DNA from: Mustelus asterias
Taxonomy: Eukaryota
Assembly: GCF_964213995.1 (NCBI RefSeq)
Contig: NC_135810.1
Coordinates: forward strand, 64,046,001-64,110,000
Length of the DNA stretch: 64,000 bases
Direction: 5' to 3'
The notes under the pieces: model-generated
Seen by the model: only the letters and a program-made list of their open reading frames with translations
What the model was told of the DNA's origin: nothing
Databases searched by the model: none
Program-made: the position numbers and the translations under genes
Shown here: piece by piece, positions 24,575-37,194 of the stretch
How positions within the stretch are numbered: the stretch's first letter is position 1
Layout: each line of letters starts with the position of its first letter

Positions 24575-25010
24575 CTTTTACTGATGTTTTGTTCGCACTT
24601 CAGTCCCACACTCCTGATCTACGGGCACCTGGTGTGGAGGGGGGGGGGCGGGTCGGGAGGGCGACCTCCTTGTGAACCTGCTCCTGGGTCTGGCGAGGCG
24701 CGCCATCAATAGGTCCAAGCAGCGGGCAATCGATGGGGTCGTCCATCCTGACTGTCTGCCCCTCTACCGCGGCTATATTCACGGCCAGGTGTTCCTGGAA
24801 AGGGAGCATGCGGTGTCCACTGGCGCAGTTGATGCCTTCCGCGGGGTTGGACACTGCAGGGGCTGGGGTGCATTATCAACCCCAGCAATCACCTTATGAT
24901 GTAATGTTTTAAGTTTCCTTTCGACTTTGTCTTTTGTTTGGGCTGCTGCCCCTTTTAATTTGTTCCTAGGTTAATTTGACTTTGTTTATTAAGTTGGTAC
25001 CTTAAAAGAG
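24575..25010 (+). mobile_element. Tx1-clade (L1-like) LINE 3' end
   Basis: HFSPTLLIYGH and ORF 24672-24899 NLLLGLARRAINRSKQRAIDGVVHPDCLPLYRGYIHGQVFLEREHAVSTG resemble the C-terminus of Tx1-type ORF2; T-rich 3' UTR follows. Confidence 0.7.
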
Positions 25011-25194
25011 ATACCAAGGCAATGCAGTACACCAAACAAAAGAATAAAGAATGTTATCTTTTAGATCTCTCTCACTGACTCTGAGGTAACATCACTATCT
25101 GAGTCAAAAAGCAAGGACCATGTTTGATTTTCAGGGCAATGTTAGAACATTGCCAATCCAGGGTCATTCTGGATAATTGCAAAGAGAAAATCAA

Positions 25195-26240
25195 TTAACA
25201 TAAGATAAGAACAAGCAGCAGGAGTAGACCATTTGGCCCCTCGAGCCTGCTCTGCCATTCAATAAAATCATGGCTGATCTTTTTGTGGACTCAGCTCCAC
25301 TTACCCGCCCGCTCACCATAACCCTTAATTTCTTTACTGTTCAAAAATTGATCTATCCTTGATTTAAAAATACTCAATGAGGTAGCCTCAACTGCTTCAC
25401 TGGGCAGGGAATTCCACAGATTCACACCCCTTTGTGTGAAGAAGTTCCTCTTCAACTCAGTCCTATATCTGCTCCCCCTTATTTTGAGGCAATGCCCCTT
25501 AGTTCTAGTTTCACCTGCCAGTGGAAACAACTTCCCTGCTGCTATCTTATCTATTCCCTTCATAATCTTATACATTTCTATGAGATGTCCCCTCATTCTT
25601 CTGAATTCCAATGAGTATAGGCCCAGTCTACTCAGTGTCTCGTCATAAGTCAACCCTCTTAACTCCGGAATCAACCTAGTGAATCTCCTCTGCACCCCTC
25701 CTGTTTCAGTATATCCTTTCTCAAGTAAGGAGACCAAAACTGTACACAGTACTCCTGGTGTTGCCTTGCCAAACACCTTTATACAGCTGCAACATAACCT
25801 TGTTGTTTTTAAACTCCATTCCTCTAGCAATGAAGGACAAAATTCCATTTGCCTTCTTAATTACCTGCTGCACCTGCAAACCAACATTTTGTGATTTTCA
25901 TGCACAAGGACACCCAGATCCCTCTGCACAGCAGCATGCTGCAATTTTTTACCATTTAAATAATAGTCCATTTTGCTGTTATTCCTACCAAAATGGATGA
26001 CCTCACATTTACCAACATTGTACTCCATCTGCCAGACCCTTGCCACTCACTTATACTATCTATATCCCTTTGCAGACTTTCAGCGTTCTTTACACACTTT
26101 GCTTTGCCACTCATCTTAGTGTCATCTACGAACTTTGACACACTACACTTGGTCCCTAACTCCAAATCATCTATGTAAATTGTAAACAATTGCGGTCCCA
26201 ACACTGATCCCTGAGGCACACCACGAGTCACTAATCGCCA
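25195..26240 (-). mobile_element. CR1-clade LINE (HER1-like), 5'-truncated
   Basis: VTRGVPQGSVLGPQLFTIYIDDL, SKFVDDTK, WQMEYNVGKCEVIHFG, VQRRFTRLIP, RNFFTQRGVNLWNSLP; 3' UTR and tail near 25200. Confidence 0.92.
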
Positions 26241-27522
26241 ATTAGAATTGCAACAACCTCTGCTGGAATTAGCTACATTTGGACATTGGATGAGTGCAGG
26301 GTTAGAATAGCAGTTCGGCCTCACAACTGAATAGCTTGCCCTTACCCCCCTCGGGGCTCTCACATGAAGAATTGTCATGTGGGCAAGAGATCAGGCACAA
26401 CCAGTATCTGTGGAGCTTATCTTCAAGTGGAAAAAGCAAACAGTTGGAAAAATGAAACTTAAATATAAAGTCTCACGCATAGATAATAGTCAATATACTG
26501 GAGGGTAAAAGCTGCACAAATATTATCATTTTCAATCAGGGAATAATTATCTAGAAGGGAGGAAGAGAAATAAAGATAGAAAAACATCCTCTAGTTTCTT
26601 AGGATGGAAAAAATAATATCCTCCAGATGCATATTCTTTTAAAGTCCTATTAATGGTTGTACTTTTCAACTGAGAGATATGGGTCTCCTTTAAATGCTTT
26701 TAATATATGGCAGCCAAGAAAGCCATGTGGGCATAAAGGGATTGCAACTGTACTCTGCTTAAATAAGCATTGCTTGGTTCACTTCTTTTGTTTTCTTTAT
26801 AATTCATTCTTGCATTTCCTTGAGGCTTCCCCTACAGCCACTACTTTGACTCCTCTGTAGACATACTGTGGGGTTTGTTTGGAAGATTGAATATTTTTAA
26901 AGTGACAGTGAATGTCTTGCTGGGAATTTGTATTCCTCCACTTCCTTGGCAGAGAACATCTGGACAGTGCTTCACTGGAAGCGTTGGTATGTTTGACGAA
27001 TGCAGTCATCTCTCTGCATATGTTGGCTGAACGGACACATATCTCATTAAAGGCAGAGTGCTGACCCTGTCTGCTGCATATGGCAATTGTACGTCAATGG
27101 TGCAACTATTCTAAAGAGCAGTAAGAACTGCCAATTTCTTTAGTTGATAATGTCATTGATAGCAAATCTTTAACTTTGTGTAAACATGATTTCTGTATGA
27201 AATCAGTGAAGTGGCAGTGACTCCATAAGAGAAAGGCACAATAGCTTTATACTTATAATGCAAACATTTTTCTCCCAATACAAATAATATAAACAGGGTG
27301 AGACTGTTTGCATTTTCTGACAACAGTGAAGTGGCGTTGTGTGCTCATATCTATCATGCATCTCTGTTTGGAATGTAGGAATAAACTGGCACTCCTGAAG
27401 TACTCGGTGTGGTTTTTAACAATGAATGAGGATTAAATTGGAAAGTCACTCGTATGAATTCAGGAACTTTTGAAACATTTGGATAAAATGCAAGGTACTC
27501 TACATGTTTGGAAAATCCTTTG

Positions 27523-27529
27523 TACTAAC
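27523..27529 (+). promoter_or_regulatory. Perfect U2 branch-point consensus TACTAAC upstream of the NOX4 E-loop exon
   Basis: TACTAAC ends 14 nt before the exon start at 27544, followed by a pyrimidine tract and CAG. Confidence 0.75.
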
Positions 27530-27543
27530 TGTTTGTCTTCCAG

Positions 27544-27748
27544 AGGCATGTTGAAATATCAGGCAAATTTGGAGCAACATCCACCTGGCTGCATTGACCC
27601 GAATAAAACATTAATCGATGATTTCCCCGTACCAGAGTACCCTGCAGAGCCCTTCCCAGAAGGTTATGCTGAGCCAGAGCCTGGGATAGAGCACAACTTG
27701 GAAAGATTCTGCACTGAAGCCCCAAAATTTGAGTCTAATTCACAAGAG
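27544..27748 (+). CDS. NOX4: NOX4 internal exon (exon 9 equivalent, extracellular E-loop), 205 nt
   Basis: TACTAAC branch point, gtcttccag|A...GAG|gtatgt. GMLKYQANLEQHPPGCIDPNKT...EPFPEG...RFCTEAPKFESNSQE vs human GLLKYQTNLDTHPPGC...EPFPEG...KICMEEPRFQANFPQ. Confidence 0.95.
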
Positions 27749-27992
27749 GTATGTGAAGTTTGTATTCAGAGTGGGACAAATGATTTTGCCTTAATTTTTG
27801 ATAAGAACTATTGCTCCCTTTAATTTTTCTTGTGTGCTGCCTGTTTGTTGCATTAAGCAGGCCGTTCTGTATTGCTGTGCGGTTGCATGGTAAGTAGTAT
27901 GGAGCTGTAGAGGGTCCATTGGTAGTAAGATTTGGAAGTTAGGTTACAACAATTGTGAAAATTGAAGTTCCATAATTGTCAAAAAACAACTC

Positions 27993-28462
27993 TGTCAAGT
28001 AATGGAAAATAATTATTAGCCAAACACTGCCTTCAGTCAGGCCAACACTGACGTATGCAGGATAAAGCGAGTATATCTAAAACCTTGTTCCATAAACACT
28101 GCATTCCAGGTTAGGACAGCAGGATGAAAACAAAGAACATGTTACCATGACGATTACCAAATAGCAAGATATGGGGACATATTATGCTAATGAAGGATTG
28201 GTTTGCTATTGGATAAGAAAGGGCAAAAGACTATGCTATGATTGGTGGATATGTATGTCAATGAGATGTGTAAAAAAATCTCTTGTTTCTGATTTGCTGT
28301 AATTGACTATAACTGCGAAGCTGTTTCTCTGTAACCTCAGAACTGCTCCGGCTTTACGGGCCATTCCGTGTTGCCCGTAAAGAGTTCTCCTTGTGCACGA
28401 GTAATTAAAGACCTTGCATGGGATGCATGGTGTCCAGCGCTGCTTGTTGTAAGGAGTTGACT
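27993..28462 (+). mobile_element. Possible solo LTR (ERV-like)
   Basis: TGTCAA...TTGAC ends, ATTGG (reverse CCAAT) boxes, TATAA at about 28308, a stem-loop, then ATTAAA at about 28404. No TSD found. Confidence 0.4.
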
Positions 28463-31227
28463 GAGTGCCTTTAAATTGCTGTTACCCAAGAGAACTCAAA
28501 CAAACACATGCAAATGATTTGGTTGTTGGATTGCAATAATTTATTGAATGTTCAGATCATAATATTTTTTTAAAGTTTTGCACAAGTGTAGTAGACTGTG
28601 ACCTACATGGGTCTACTATATATTAGGTATTTATGGTAGATTGCTATATGGTGCAAGTTTTGGCATTTATAATCCAGCCAGTCAATGCTCCATGCTCTGC
28701 ACAACATTTTAATTTGGTACCAGAAGTGAGTGAAACAATTTAACTATTATGCAGCTTCAATCATCACAGTAAGGGACTTAATTGTGAAATGAGGCAATTC
28801 ATCCTGTCACATTGTGAGAATTTTAATACGAGAATGGTGTGGTATCTTGCAAAGACGGGCGACCATCTGTCGATTGACAGATAATGGTTTATTGAGGTAA
28901 GTAACAATGTACAGAGGGTGATGTGATGTACTCCAGACTCCTAACTGGTAAGGAAAACCCACGCTCAGCTCCAGGATTTGCGCACTCCGGCCTGATTGGC
29001 CAAACAGGTCACATAACCCACTGAGAGCTTGCCCCTTTGGCAGGCTATCACAAATGGATTGGAAAATGACAACTATTTCGCAAACAAAGGAAGCCAGATT
29101 CATGGCACTTAGGTGGCCTGAAGTGTGGAGCTGCTGGTGGCTTAGAGGTCTTTAACATGTCATGCTGGCCTCAATTCCTTCAAACAAAAGGAAGACCTGG
29201 GAGAAGTTTATTCAGCAATGCAGTCTCCACCAACAATCAGCACCGGACAACCCCACTTCTAACCTTATGTTGGAAAAGTCATTGGTGAAGTAAGTGAAGG
29301 TGGTTGGGCCCAGGACAACATCCTGAGGGAATGAAAAGCTTTACAGCTAATAGACATTGAATTTTGATGCAGTTTGATGCAAATATTTTTGTATTTAATC
29401 CATTTTTAAATATTGGGAGGAATTTTTTGGAAGAGAAATTGACTCACATATGGCCAGATCAGATGTTTAATTCATCATGCACTGGGCATGCACATAGCAT
29501 GAATATATTACACTGCTTCCCCCTTTATATCTTTTTAATGAACTATTTGCAGGTACAAAATGTATCCAAACTCAAGAACAAACGAATCTGTGAATATTCA
29601 CACTTGGAAAAGAACAATTGTCACTTTAAGCTATATCTGTAAAACAAATCTAACAGCAGATTGATATGTACTGTCTGATCTGCTGGGAACTTCAGGTTGA
29701 ACGGGGCTGGGGGAGTGCTGATTTCTTGGATGGGCTCAAGGGCATCAAGCAGCCCTTGTAAAATTGAAGGTAATGGAAATCGGGTGGAGAGGGCCAGTAT
29801 TGGCGAACACAAAGGAAGATGGTTGTGATTATTGCAGACCAATTATTTCAGCCCAGGGCAATACGATACGAGTTCTTCAGGATAGTGTCTGAGGCCCAGC
29901 TGCTTTCTCAACAACATTCCTTCCATCAGGGGAGGACAGAATTGGGAATTTCGTTAGTACAATATTCAGTTCCTCTTGCAACTCTTCCAGATAATCAAAT
30001 GGTTTGTGCCTGAATCCCTTGGCGAAGGTTGAATATGTCAATAGAAAGTACAAAGTAAATATAGATAAAGAGGTTTGTATTTCTGCACCTAATCAATTCT
30101 GGAGCTATATAAACAAGGATATATGCCTTGTTAAAACTTCACTGTACACGTGAACTGCTTATGTGGTGATGAGGAAATATAGTAAGACAGAAGGTTTCTA
30201 TTTACACCAGCACATTCATCTAACAATGAATGCAATGTTTCTTTTATTCCTAGGAGATCGATCTTGGGCGTTTCCCTTGTTAAAACCTGTCAGCCTGCAG
30301 TCTATGTGCATTTCAAATTGACAGACTCCCTATCTAATGGCTTTCCTGACTATGTAAATCTGATGATTTAATTGTAACACAACTGCCTGTGGCTGTTAGG
30401 AGGCAGATTCTGGTTGTGAACTTTCCCCACCTCTGAGTAAGGGGAATGCCAGTGATAAACCATTGCATTCCCCTCACATTGCCATAACAGCCATCATCAG
30501 TTCAAATATTGTGAATTTTATGATTAGGCCTTTGCCTGTAATTCTGAGACTGAGTGGGGAAATGTCATGTTGGCCATAACTCAGATGGGTTGATTTGCTT
30601 CAATGTAGTTAGATAGGGTTTTCAGGGGAGGGCTTAGTTTTAAGTAATTATGGTGATTAATTAAAGTGTAAATAATCAGTTGGGAAGGAGAAAACATAAT
30701 TGAATGCTAATTTGAACACTGCTACCACTAGCGAAAGCCATGAGCTGCTCTTAACTGAATGTAGCACACACAGAAATTCTCTCCCAACACTAAAAACCAA
30801 AAGATGGGCAAGAAGAAATTGCGGGAGCTGCACAGAATCATTCAGTCGTTCACTTAAATGCGACTACTCTAAAAACCTGGGGGTAATTTTAACATGAGAA
30901 TGGATTAAAGTCCAATAAAAAGTAAAATTGGCAGCTGGATAAATGTCCTTGCCAGTTGATTAGGAAACATTGGCCTGGATCTTGTGGTTAGCAGCGTTAG
31001 GAGCATACACCACTGAATGCACTACAGACTGGCTCTGGCACCACCTTGTACTCCTGACTGCAACATGGCTAGACTAGCACAGCGAGTGGGGAGGCCGAGT
31101 AACATGGTATCATTGCAGTAAAGCCACGGCCCTTTGTCAAGAGATGACGACACGCTTCTTGCGATCTGCCTGCAGCAGATGTAAATGTAAGTTTACATTC
31201 CAATAGGATAAGGGGGGGGGCGGCTAC

Positions 31228-31320
31228 TAAGTTGGACGATCAGCCATGATCATAATGAATGGCAGAGCAGGCCCAAAGGGCCGAATGGCCTACTACTGCT
31301 CCTATTTTCTATGTTTTTCT
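31228..31320 (+). mobile_element. CR1 3' UTR/tail fragment
   Basis: GATCAGCCATGATCATAATGAATGGCAGAGCAGGC...GGGCCGAATGGCCTACTACTGCTCCTATTTTCTATG, homologous to the reverse complement of 25200-25280. Confidence 0.8.
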
Positions 31321-32019
31321 GTGATGCAGGGTAGGATGAAATGCCAGGGCTGGAATTAAAGGAGTCTGGGGACTTAGGTTTTCTGAATTCTGCTGTCATG
31401 TATTTGAATGTGATGTCTGGACACAGTTTGCTGTGTTTTTCATCACATTTAATATATAGAGGTCTGCAGCTCCCCAAGAAACCACCTCAGCAGCTGTCCG
31501 CTGAGAGGGAGCTCATTGGAAGCATCAGCTCGCACCCTTCCATTTCTGTGTCCAACCTTTACCCACCCTCGCCAACAGCGCTGAGCTTTACTCAGCATGC
31601 GTTTTACACCGGCCGCTCATTAATTGTCCAGCCAGTTTGAAGTCATGTTTCGTGGCCAGAAGTGTATTTCATGTCTGCTTCTGGGCCCACTGAGTGCACA
31701 TGAACAACAGGCGCAAAATTCAGACCTTCAAACAGGCTTTCTGTCCCAGCAGTCCATTTTGGTGTTTAGCCTCTGTGCAAACAATATTGTTATATTAACC
31801 GACCTTGTTGCTATATTTCACATATGTGGAGGCTTTAAAACAGTAAGATGGGGGTGAGGGAGGGACATACAAGAAATGCAACATGCTTAAAGCAAAATGA
31901 AACTAGGACAAGGTCTGCTTTGAACTAAGGGTGGACATAAATGGCCAATGAATAACTTGAGTTATGGAACAGGTGTTTAAAAAGATGGTTAAAAATACAT
32001 TGTGTAGAACTGCTATTAA

Positions 32020-35000
32020 GATGAATTAAAGTGTACATAAATGCATACAGTGCCTGCAATAAAGCAGGAATCTGGAGGCAAGGAACCAGATAATCTCAAG
32101 ATAACTGAGGCATGGCCACATAAAAATCAGGACAGGTAATTAAACATTGGAGCATATACCCCATTTGAAAAAATTGAGTGGGGGAATGGAGAGGTGGAAG
32201 AGCTGCACTTATTAGAGATAACATAACAGCCATCCATAAGACAGAAATAACATTATGCAGCTCAAGATGAGAGCCAAACAATCACACAAATAGGAGTAGT
32301 TAATGCAAATAATGTTGGGGAGGACGAGGAAGAAGTATGTAGACAATTTTAGGGAAATAACAAACATAAAGTAGTTATCACGGGGTTTTCAACCACCTTG
32401 AAATTAATTGACTTGAAAAGGTTGATAATGGGGACAAGGAAATTGTATTCCGGCAATTAGTACAGGATCCCTCTTTAACCAAAAAAGGTGCATTCACTAC
32501 TGGATTTACAAATAGGGAATGAACCCAGAGCAGATAAGAAAAAGTAGCGGAACATCTAGGCAATAGTAATATAACAGGGTTTAGGATAATAATCAAGAAG
32601 AACAGAAGATTGGCTGACTTTGAGAGGCTGAGAATCAAACTTTGGGAGTGAGGGGGGTGGTTTGGGAAATAAAAGAGTTAACAATATTGGCAAACAATGA
32701 TGTAGAACAGCAATGGAAAACCGTATGGCAGGGAAGAGCAAGACGAGGGTTAATACAAAGAGACGAGGAGAGAAGTAAAACAAAAAACTATTTGGAACAC
32801 GGGTTACTATGAAAGTAAAATATCAAGGCACATAAAATAATATATTTTATGGGTTCCTGCATTGAAAAAAGGTCAGAATGCGAATGGGACAATTACGAGA
32901 CGGTCAGGAAAGAATCATAGGCAGCAATAGTAAAATGGCAAGAATATTAAGTAGTACGGATTTTTCAAGATGTACCACAGACATGAATACTGTGGATATG
33001 ACATTGGACAATGAATTTTAAAATTCAATGTAACAGCATTTAAAACTGAGGAGATATTTTTAATAAACTAATCAACCTCAAAGATGATGAATCTCCTGGT
33101 CGAGATGAATTGTAAATATGGGCTGCGATTCTCCCAAAAGTGCTGAATTGGTGGGAAAACTGTTCTAAATTCTGACTGTTTTGTCAGTTCAGCTTCTCAC
33201 CTGAATCTCTGCACTCTGTGCACTGCAGAGGTCCCATTCATGAATCTCATTAAAAACCCAGCGTGGGGGGGCCTATTCGAGCCAGAGTCTGACCGTTCTG
33301 GAACTCTGCGCATGCGCAGTGGTCCCAATCTGTTAGTCTCCCCGTTTGCTGGCCAGCCCAGGACCACCGCAGCGCTGCCCCCTCCCCCATGGCCTGATTG
33401 TGGCCCCCACAGCAATTCCTGGGCCAGCCCTGATGCCCCCCTCCCCCCCCAGTCCCGGAATGCCCTGATGCACAGCCCAGCAGTGGTGATCCCTCATCCC
33501 AGCAGCCACCCCCCCACCCCCCGGCAGAGGCAGGCTCCCACCTCCCCGGCCCGGCAGACCATCCCCCTGCCCCAATCGCTGTCCTCCCTCCACCCCAGAC
33601 TGATCCTGCCTGCAGGGTGGCAGTGGGACCCCCCACACCTCCACCGATCACACCTAGGTCCTGCCCACAATAGACCCCGCCCTTTGGTACAGATGGGCAC
33701 TGCCAAGGTGCCCTGGGCATGGGCACTTGGCCCCTTGGGCAGTGCTGGGGGGCACAGGCTGGCACTGCCAGGGTGCCCATGCCCAGGAGGCACAACCCCC
33801 TCGCTGCCCGATCCCCTGGGGGGCCCCAATTGCCCTCCCTTCATTCCAGCGGGGTCTCCCACCAGTTCCCCGAATGTGGGGAGCTAGTCTGAACCCCGCT
33901 GGAATGAAGTACTCCTGGCGGGGGTGGGAGATTCGATCGGGACCTGAAAGTTCCTGATAATTTGCTAAACATATTTAAAATACATTTTAAAAAGATTCAA
34001 ATTACTTACCTACCTTCCCGCCGGTTTCCAGTGTGGTCTGACCGGCGACTGTTCGCCGGCTCTGGGAGATGCGCATGCACAAATCCCGGTACAAGGTCAG
34101 CGACGTGCATCTCCCACCGCCACCCGCCAGAAAATTGCAGGTCGCGATGGGAGAATCACGGCCATGGATTCTAAAAGAATGTTTAAAGGCTCATCCAAAA
34201 AATGCTTAGTGCTAGAGAACTATAAAACATTATACTTTTATTTAGGAAGGGAGATAGACCAATTAGCTTAATATCGATAATGGAGAAAATAATGCAATCC
34301 CTCCTAAAGGAGAAAATAGAAAAAAAAAATTGGTGACCAAACATATAATAATAGTTAACATGGATTTCATGGGACAGTCTCCCTTGATCAACTTCATAGT
34401 TTATTTCTTCAAATGTTACTAATGCAAGAGCCAGGATTGGGAAATACAACAGTTAACAATATTGACAAACAATGATGTAGAACAGCAATGGAAAACAGTT
34501 AATAAGGTGTTCAAATGAACCCAGGAGATATATTGCGCTAAAACCAAAAATCAAACTAATTACTATACAGACAATGGCTGAATAAAAATGTGGAGGAAAA
34601 ACTTGAGGGTAGGAATGGGATTTGCACTAAATATACCATATGAATAGTGCATAGTTTCTGTACAAACAGTATTCAAATATCAATCCAAACTTTGGGTTTT
34701 CTTGCTTTGGGAAACTGTCCCAAACAATCAAGATGCTTTTTGTGAATTACCTGTTGGATTCTAGCTTCAAACTGATAGATTTTAGCTAAAAATCCTAGTT
34801 CTTTGGAGAGTCCGTGATGAGGCACAAAGCTTTTGGTTAAAAACATTTATTTCGAAGGCGCACTGCATTTAATCCAGAAGTACAGTGTCATAACAAAAAT
34901 GGTTTCCTCATGTCCCCCTTTCTATAGTCTGTCTCAGTTGCTGGGCAGGTTTCGCTACTTAAGCAACTTCTCAGTAAGTACCTTTTCCATTGTTCTCTAG

Positions 35001-35545
35001 GCTGCAGCTTGAACCAGTTCGAATCAATTCCACAAGCCTGTTTGCAAACAACCTTTTGTCTTACCCAGCACACTGAATCCACCACAGGTTGCAACTGTTC
35101 GATACCTGATAGAGATAGATTCCCTCAGTTTCCTTTCCCAGCCCTTGGGTTTGAGACATTCTCCACAGTGTATCAGAGAATCCCAGCTTCCGTCCTTCCC
35201 GATGACTTTCTGATCCACCTGCACCCAATGGATCAGATAAATGAAAACTTAGCCCATGGCCTGTGGGGATGAGCAAAACTAGAATCCATCTAATTAAGAT
35301 GTTACTGAGAAATCAAATAGGGAATTCAGAGGAAATTCTTTTAGTCAGCGTAGTTAAGAATCTGAAACTTGCTACAACAGTTGAAGTGAATAATATAGAA
35401 ACATTTTAATGGGAAGCTTGATAGTATATGAGGGCAAGTAGAATATTGTTATGGTGACCAAGTTGGATGAGGAAGAGTGGGAGAAAGCTTGTGTTGAACA
35501 TAAATACCTGCATGGACTAGTTGAGCTGCATGGCCTCTTCTGAAT
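32020..35545 (+). mobile_element. Old, rearranged CR1 LINE interrupted by younger elements
   Basis: Degenerate endonuclease start (YINAYSACNK), SPG.DEL..ILKE across the insertion at 33121-34163, and 3' region AATAGGGAATTCAGAGGAAATTCTTTTAGTCAG (about 35316). Confidence 0.6.
33121..34163. mobile_element. Non-autonomous Harbinger-like DNA transposon (1043 bp)
   Basis: 15-bp TIRs GGCTGCGATTCTCCC / GGGAGAATCACGGCC and 3-bp TSD ATG (33118-33120, 34164-34166). Removing it restores the CR1 frame SPGRDEL*IWILKE. Confidence 0.85.
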
Positions 35546-37138
35546 ATTCCACAACATTCCTTCATTCACCCAGCTGATTCAATCTTAAACATTGATACAG
35601 CCTCAAGAACAGTTAAGGAAGTTTCTCCTAATCTATCAACTATCCCTGAGTGGTGCCATTGTCCGAATGGAAGCCACAAATGTTTACCTTCCTGAAACTT
35701 GGGTTAAAATTTTCTCCTTAAAGATTTCCATGCCAGGTACATTGCTGTGTCCTGATTCCACCGAAAGCCATGTCCTGATGACCCGTGCAATCTGTTTGAT
35801 CCGTCTGCAAAGAAAACTCTTTCAATTGAAAACAATTTTTTTCAGCAGATGTTATGCGATTTACCATTTGCCTCTTTTGAAGTCACCTCAGCATTTGCCT
35901 GTTGTGGCTTTTGAACCTCCTGTGAGAAAATAAACTGCAGGCACAGCAGGGGTCCGATGTGACTCTGGGAAGATATTGAAGTACCAAAGTAGCATCTAAT
36001 TGAACTTCTGAATACCTTAATTGACTATGTCTCGCTGCCAGCAGGGTATCCATTTTGTGTTGGGAGCCTACCCCAGGGAAAAGTGCACGAAGGTCAGCAA
36101 GTCAGCCAACAGGTCTCTTTCAGAATTTTCTCGCGCGCTCCCCTCCATTCCAAAGCCATCTCCACAGGTAAAGTTTCCCAATACTGAGTAGTGTGGCAAT
36201 TTTCAGCTGAAAAAGACTTCTGTAAGTCCTTGGGCTATCTTCCCATACACATTTAGTAAACAATTAAACAACTTATTCAAATTCATTCCACAAAACTAGG
36301 TAAAAACATTCCTTTTGATGGAGGATCTAACGTGAATATCCAGACCCCGTTCCCCGCTTCTTGGGGCATATTTTCCTCTGCTCATTAATTTAAATGAAAA
36401 TCGTAGCCAATAAAATGGATGAGTGAGATCAGTAGAAATTAAAACTTTTTTTAATCCATTGGAGCAATTACATGGAATTAAATGATATGAACATTTCCTT
36501 TATTTTCTGAAGAAATTGCAGTCAGCAGGGTTGTGATGCCCCACCTGCAGGAGGGTGCTTTACATAAATCTCTGCAAAAAGGTTCTTTCAACCCAAGGGT
36601 CTGATCAACAATCACGACTTATTAACTGCTTTTCTCCCAGCAGATGCTGGGTATGTATTTCCAGCGTTATCTGTATTTACTTTAGATTTCCAGCATCTGA
36701 ACTCATGTTCCCAGACAATGAGTCTGGACCTCTGAATTCCTAGTCAAGTGACGTTACCATTAAGCCACTGTCTCCCCATGGGGGTAAATAAGGATCCTTG
36801 TCCTACCTGTTTTGAGGAAATTAATCGATCCCCAAGATTTCTGATGGAACCAGAGTCTTCTGATTTTGGTGGGCTTAAGTCCTACTGCCTCAAAGTTACA
36901 GGACCCCAGCGAGGACTAGGAGTTTCTAGTATTAACTTTTCTCGTTACTAATGTAACTAAATCAGCACTTCTATTTTCATTTCTGATTTCCAACTTCCAT
37001 ATATTTTTCTCTTAAAAATGTCTTGAAGACTTTGTAGGCATAATTCCTCTCCTGTAGCAATTTGAGTGGCTTTTGTGACACGTGAAAGATGATTTCAACA
37101 TGAAGAGGCACCTAACAGAATAGCTCCGTCATCTTGAT

Positions 37139-37187
37139 TTGTGTGTGTGCGCATGCGTGTATGTGCATGTGTGTGTCTGTGTGTGTG
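37139..37187 (+). repeat. Imperfect (TG)n microsatellite
   Basis: ttgtgtgtgtgcgcatgcgtgtatgtgcatgtgtgtgtctgtgtgtgtg. Confidence 0.85.
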
Positions 37188-37194
37188 CTGCACT

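Noticed and set aside
27470-27823. 117-aa stand-alone ORF (likewise 14041-14310 and 44936-45130)
   Set aside because: These are NOX4 exons read through into flanking intron; only the AG/GT-bounded parts match the protein.
33240-33887. 215-aa Pro-rich ORF and overlapping antisense ORFs
   Set aside because: Lies inside a GC-rich non-autonomous transposon with TIRs and TSD; long ORFs in several frames are expected from GC content, and no domain is recognisable.
34690-35275. Additional minus-strand LTR-like segments (also about 20650-21420 and 40345-41250)
   Set aside because: Composition and reverse AATAAA are suggestive, but termini and TSDs could not be fixed, so they were not listed as features.
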